Source: Bacteroides sp. (GTDB lineage Bacteria > Bacteroidota > Bacteroidia > Bacteroidales > Bacteroidaceae). Taken from it: DNA of 64,000 bases. The notes under the pieces were generated by a model. That model searched no databases. It saw only the letters and a program-made list of their open reading frames with translations, and had not been told where the DNA came from. The DNA lies in assembly GCA_051878775.1 (NCBI GenBank), contig JBJEKT010000223.1, positions 1,520-65,519 of the forward strand, written 5' to 3'. Shown piece by piece: positions 62,577 through 64,000 of the stretch (position 1 is its first letter; every line of letters begins with the position of its first letter). The position numbers and the translations under genes are program-made.

Positions 62577-62695
62577 CTAAACGCCCCATGAAGAATAGTC
62601 AGCCAGTAATGATTCATTATAAATGGTTCATTGTAAATGGTTCATTGTAAATGGTAAATCGTTGATTATTAATTTTAAATTTTAAATTGAATCCC

Positions 62696-62800
62696 ATGAC
62701 CCCTGAAAATAAGAAAAAGTTAATCAAGTTCATCTGGAATCTGCTCACCTCACTGATGACAGCCATAGGTACTGCCCTGGGCGTAAGCAGCTGTTTCTAA
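62696..62800 (+). CDS. 'Smalltalk'-type peptide (34 aa, MTPENKKKLIKFIWNLLTSLMTAIGTALGVSSCF)
   Basis: Basic N-terminus, one hydrophobic helix, terminal LGVSSC; typical position between HU-like and cell-wall-enzyme genes. Confidence 0.8.
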   Translation: MTPENKKKLIKFIWNLLTSLMTAIGTALGVSSCF

Positions 62801-62847
62801 TCCCTAATCCCTTATCTCTAATCCCCTAATCCCTTATCCCTAAAAAA

Positions 62848-63270
62848 ATGCATCTCATCCTGCAACGTACCGAGCGGGGGTTCCTCTACACCATGGGAAC
62901 CCTCGCCATCGACGGGGAGCCCTTCTGCGACACCCTGGAGCCTACTGACCGTCACCTCACGGCGGAGACCATGCAGCCCGGTCAGAAGGTGTTTGGCCGC
63001 ACGGCCATCCCCACAGGCTGTTACCCCGTGGTGCTCACTTACTCCCCGCGCTTCCACCGCACGCTTCCCCTGCTGCGCGGCGTGCCCTGCTTCGAGGGCA
63101 TCCGCATCCACACGGGCAATGTCTCCACCGACACGGGCGGCTGCATCCTCGTAGGCCGTCGCCAAGCCCCGGGCCGGATTACTGACAGCCGCGCCACCCT
63201 GCGTCAGCTCCTCGACCACCTTGCCCGCCGTCCCCCTGCCGACCCCATCACCCTCCAGGTCACGGAGTAA
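62848..63270 (+). CDS. DUF5675 family protein (phage-associated, His/Cys motif)
   Basis: GTLAIDG..CDTLE..TAIPTG.Y..SPRF..GIRIHTGN..DT.GCILVG. Confidence 0.85.
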   Translation: MHLILQRTERGFLYTMGTLAIDGEPFCDTLEPTDRHLTAETMQPGQKVFGRTAIPTGCYPVVLTYSPRFHRTLPLLRGVPCFEGIRIHTGNVSTDTGGCILVGRRQAPGRITDSRATLRQLLDHLARRPPADPITLQVTE

Positions 63271-63295
63271 CCGCCGCATCAGGTGGCCTGCTAAC

Positions 63296-63330
63296 AAAAA
63301 TCCCAGGGGCAGTAGCCTTTGGGATTTTTT
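63296..63330. terminator. Bidirectional terminator
   Basis: AAAAATCCCAGGGGC-AGTA-GCCTTTGGGATTTTT. Confidence 0.7.
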
Positions 63331-63563
63331 CAGCAAGTGGTACTATGCTCATAGAGGTATTCTGGAGCAATATCTGCTCCGTTGGCCCATTCTATGGTAT
63401 TTCGGGTAAGACCGTATTGCACGAATTTTTCCCGGTCAATCAGTTCTCCAAACACCTCTCCTTGCAACATGGGCTTGAAGTCCATGCGCTTTCTGGTTCC
63501 GTCGCTGAACGTCATTTCCAGCACGTAGTCTTTGATATAGTCCACATCGATTACCCTAATCAT
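63330..63563 (-). CDS. DUF2442 protein (putative antitoxin)
   Basis: Y.L..TFSDG..DF..L.GEVF..L..TIEWANGADIAPEYLY. Confidence 0.85.
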   Translation of the reverse strand: MIRVIDVDYIKDYVLEMTFSDGTRKRMDFKPMLQGEVFGELIDREKFVQYGLTRNTIEWANGADIAPEYLYEHSTTC

Positions 63564-63570
63564 ACTGACA

Positions 63571-63828
63571 CTATTTTAAAGGTTCTATTTTATCAATCTT
63601 CTCACCTTTTTGGGCTTTCTCCCACAAAGATAAGATTTCTGTCTCATGAAGGTCAATCCACTCATTCACTTTGGCGATGACTTTTGCAGGTGCCTTGCCA
63701 TCAACTATCCTGTCGAGTACGCTGATAGAGCAGGTGTAGTCTCCGTATTCAAAATGAACATGAGGAGGGTTATGATCCTTCCAATATAAGAAAATGATGA
63801 TTCCAAAGAATCGACAAATCTCAGGCAT
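63571..63828 (-). CDS. DUF4160 protein (putative HicA-like toxin)
   Basis: MPEICRFFGIII..DHNPPHVH..Y..W..KIEPL. Confidence 0.88.
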   Translation of the reverse strand: MPEICRFFGIIIFLYWKDHNPPHVHFEYGDYTCSISVLDRIVDGKAPAKVIAKVNEWIDLHETEILSLWEKAQKGEKIDKIEPLK

Positions 63829-64000
63829 ATCAATTATATTTTATACTGACTGTTGCAAAGATAAGGGATTTAATCTACCGATGATGTGACTATATTATTA
63901 AAATATATTAATAATAAGAGGCTTGCGAGAAATCTTGTGCTCTTGCAACGAAAAAGAGGAAACTCCATCAGGAATTTCCTCTCTTCTTCCGGGTGACTAG

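Noticed and set aside
56200-63828. Calling the region a prophage or conjugative transposon
   Set aside because: No structural, packaging, integrase, relaxase or tra genes are visible in the window.

Overview
Chromosomal window of a Bacteroidales (Prevotellaceae/Bacteroidaceae-like) bacterium, judged from TAnnTTTG -7 promoter boxes, a SusC/SusD pair and gene content. Bases 1-38.4 kb are mostly housekeeping and metabolism: hut operon, MATE, Hsp20, GH20, leuA-leuC-leuD-cimA-leuB with a Leu/Ile leader-peptide attenuator, recQ, DPP-III, fur, purA and an iorAB-paaI-paaK-aminotransferase-amidase operon. Bases 38.7-52.3 kb are a sialic-acid utilisation locus (NanO/NanU-like SusC/D, neuraminate lyase, MFS, mutarotase-GH20 fusion, O-acetylesterase). 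Its SusC promoter is flanked by a perfect 26-bp inverted repeat (candidate invertible promoter), and the SusC gene carries a one-base frameshift. Bases 52.3-64 kb are an accessory island: eroded defence genes (truncated KAP NTPase, RloA/RloB-like pair, orphan HigA), two unknown ORFs, a phage-like replication plus lysis-like module with no capsid or integrase visible (iteron-bearing DUF4373-like initiator, Twinkle/T7-gp4-like primase-helicase, DUF4248, HU-like, 'smalltalk' peptide, DUF5675), and a DUF4160/DUF2442 TA-like pair. No rRNA, tRNA or CRISPR array was seen. All family assignments come from motif recognition by eye, not from database searches.
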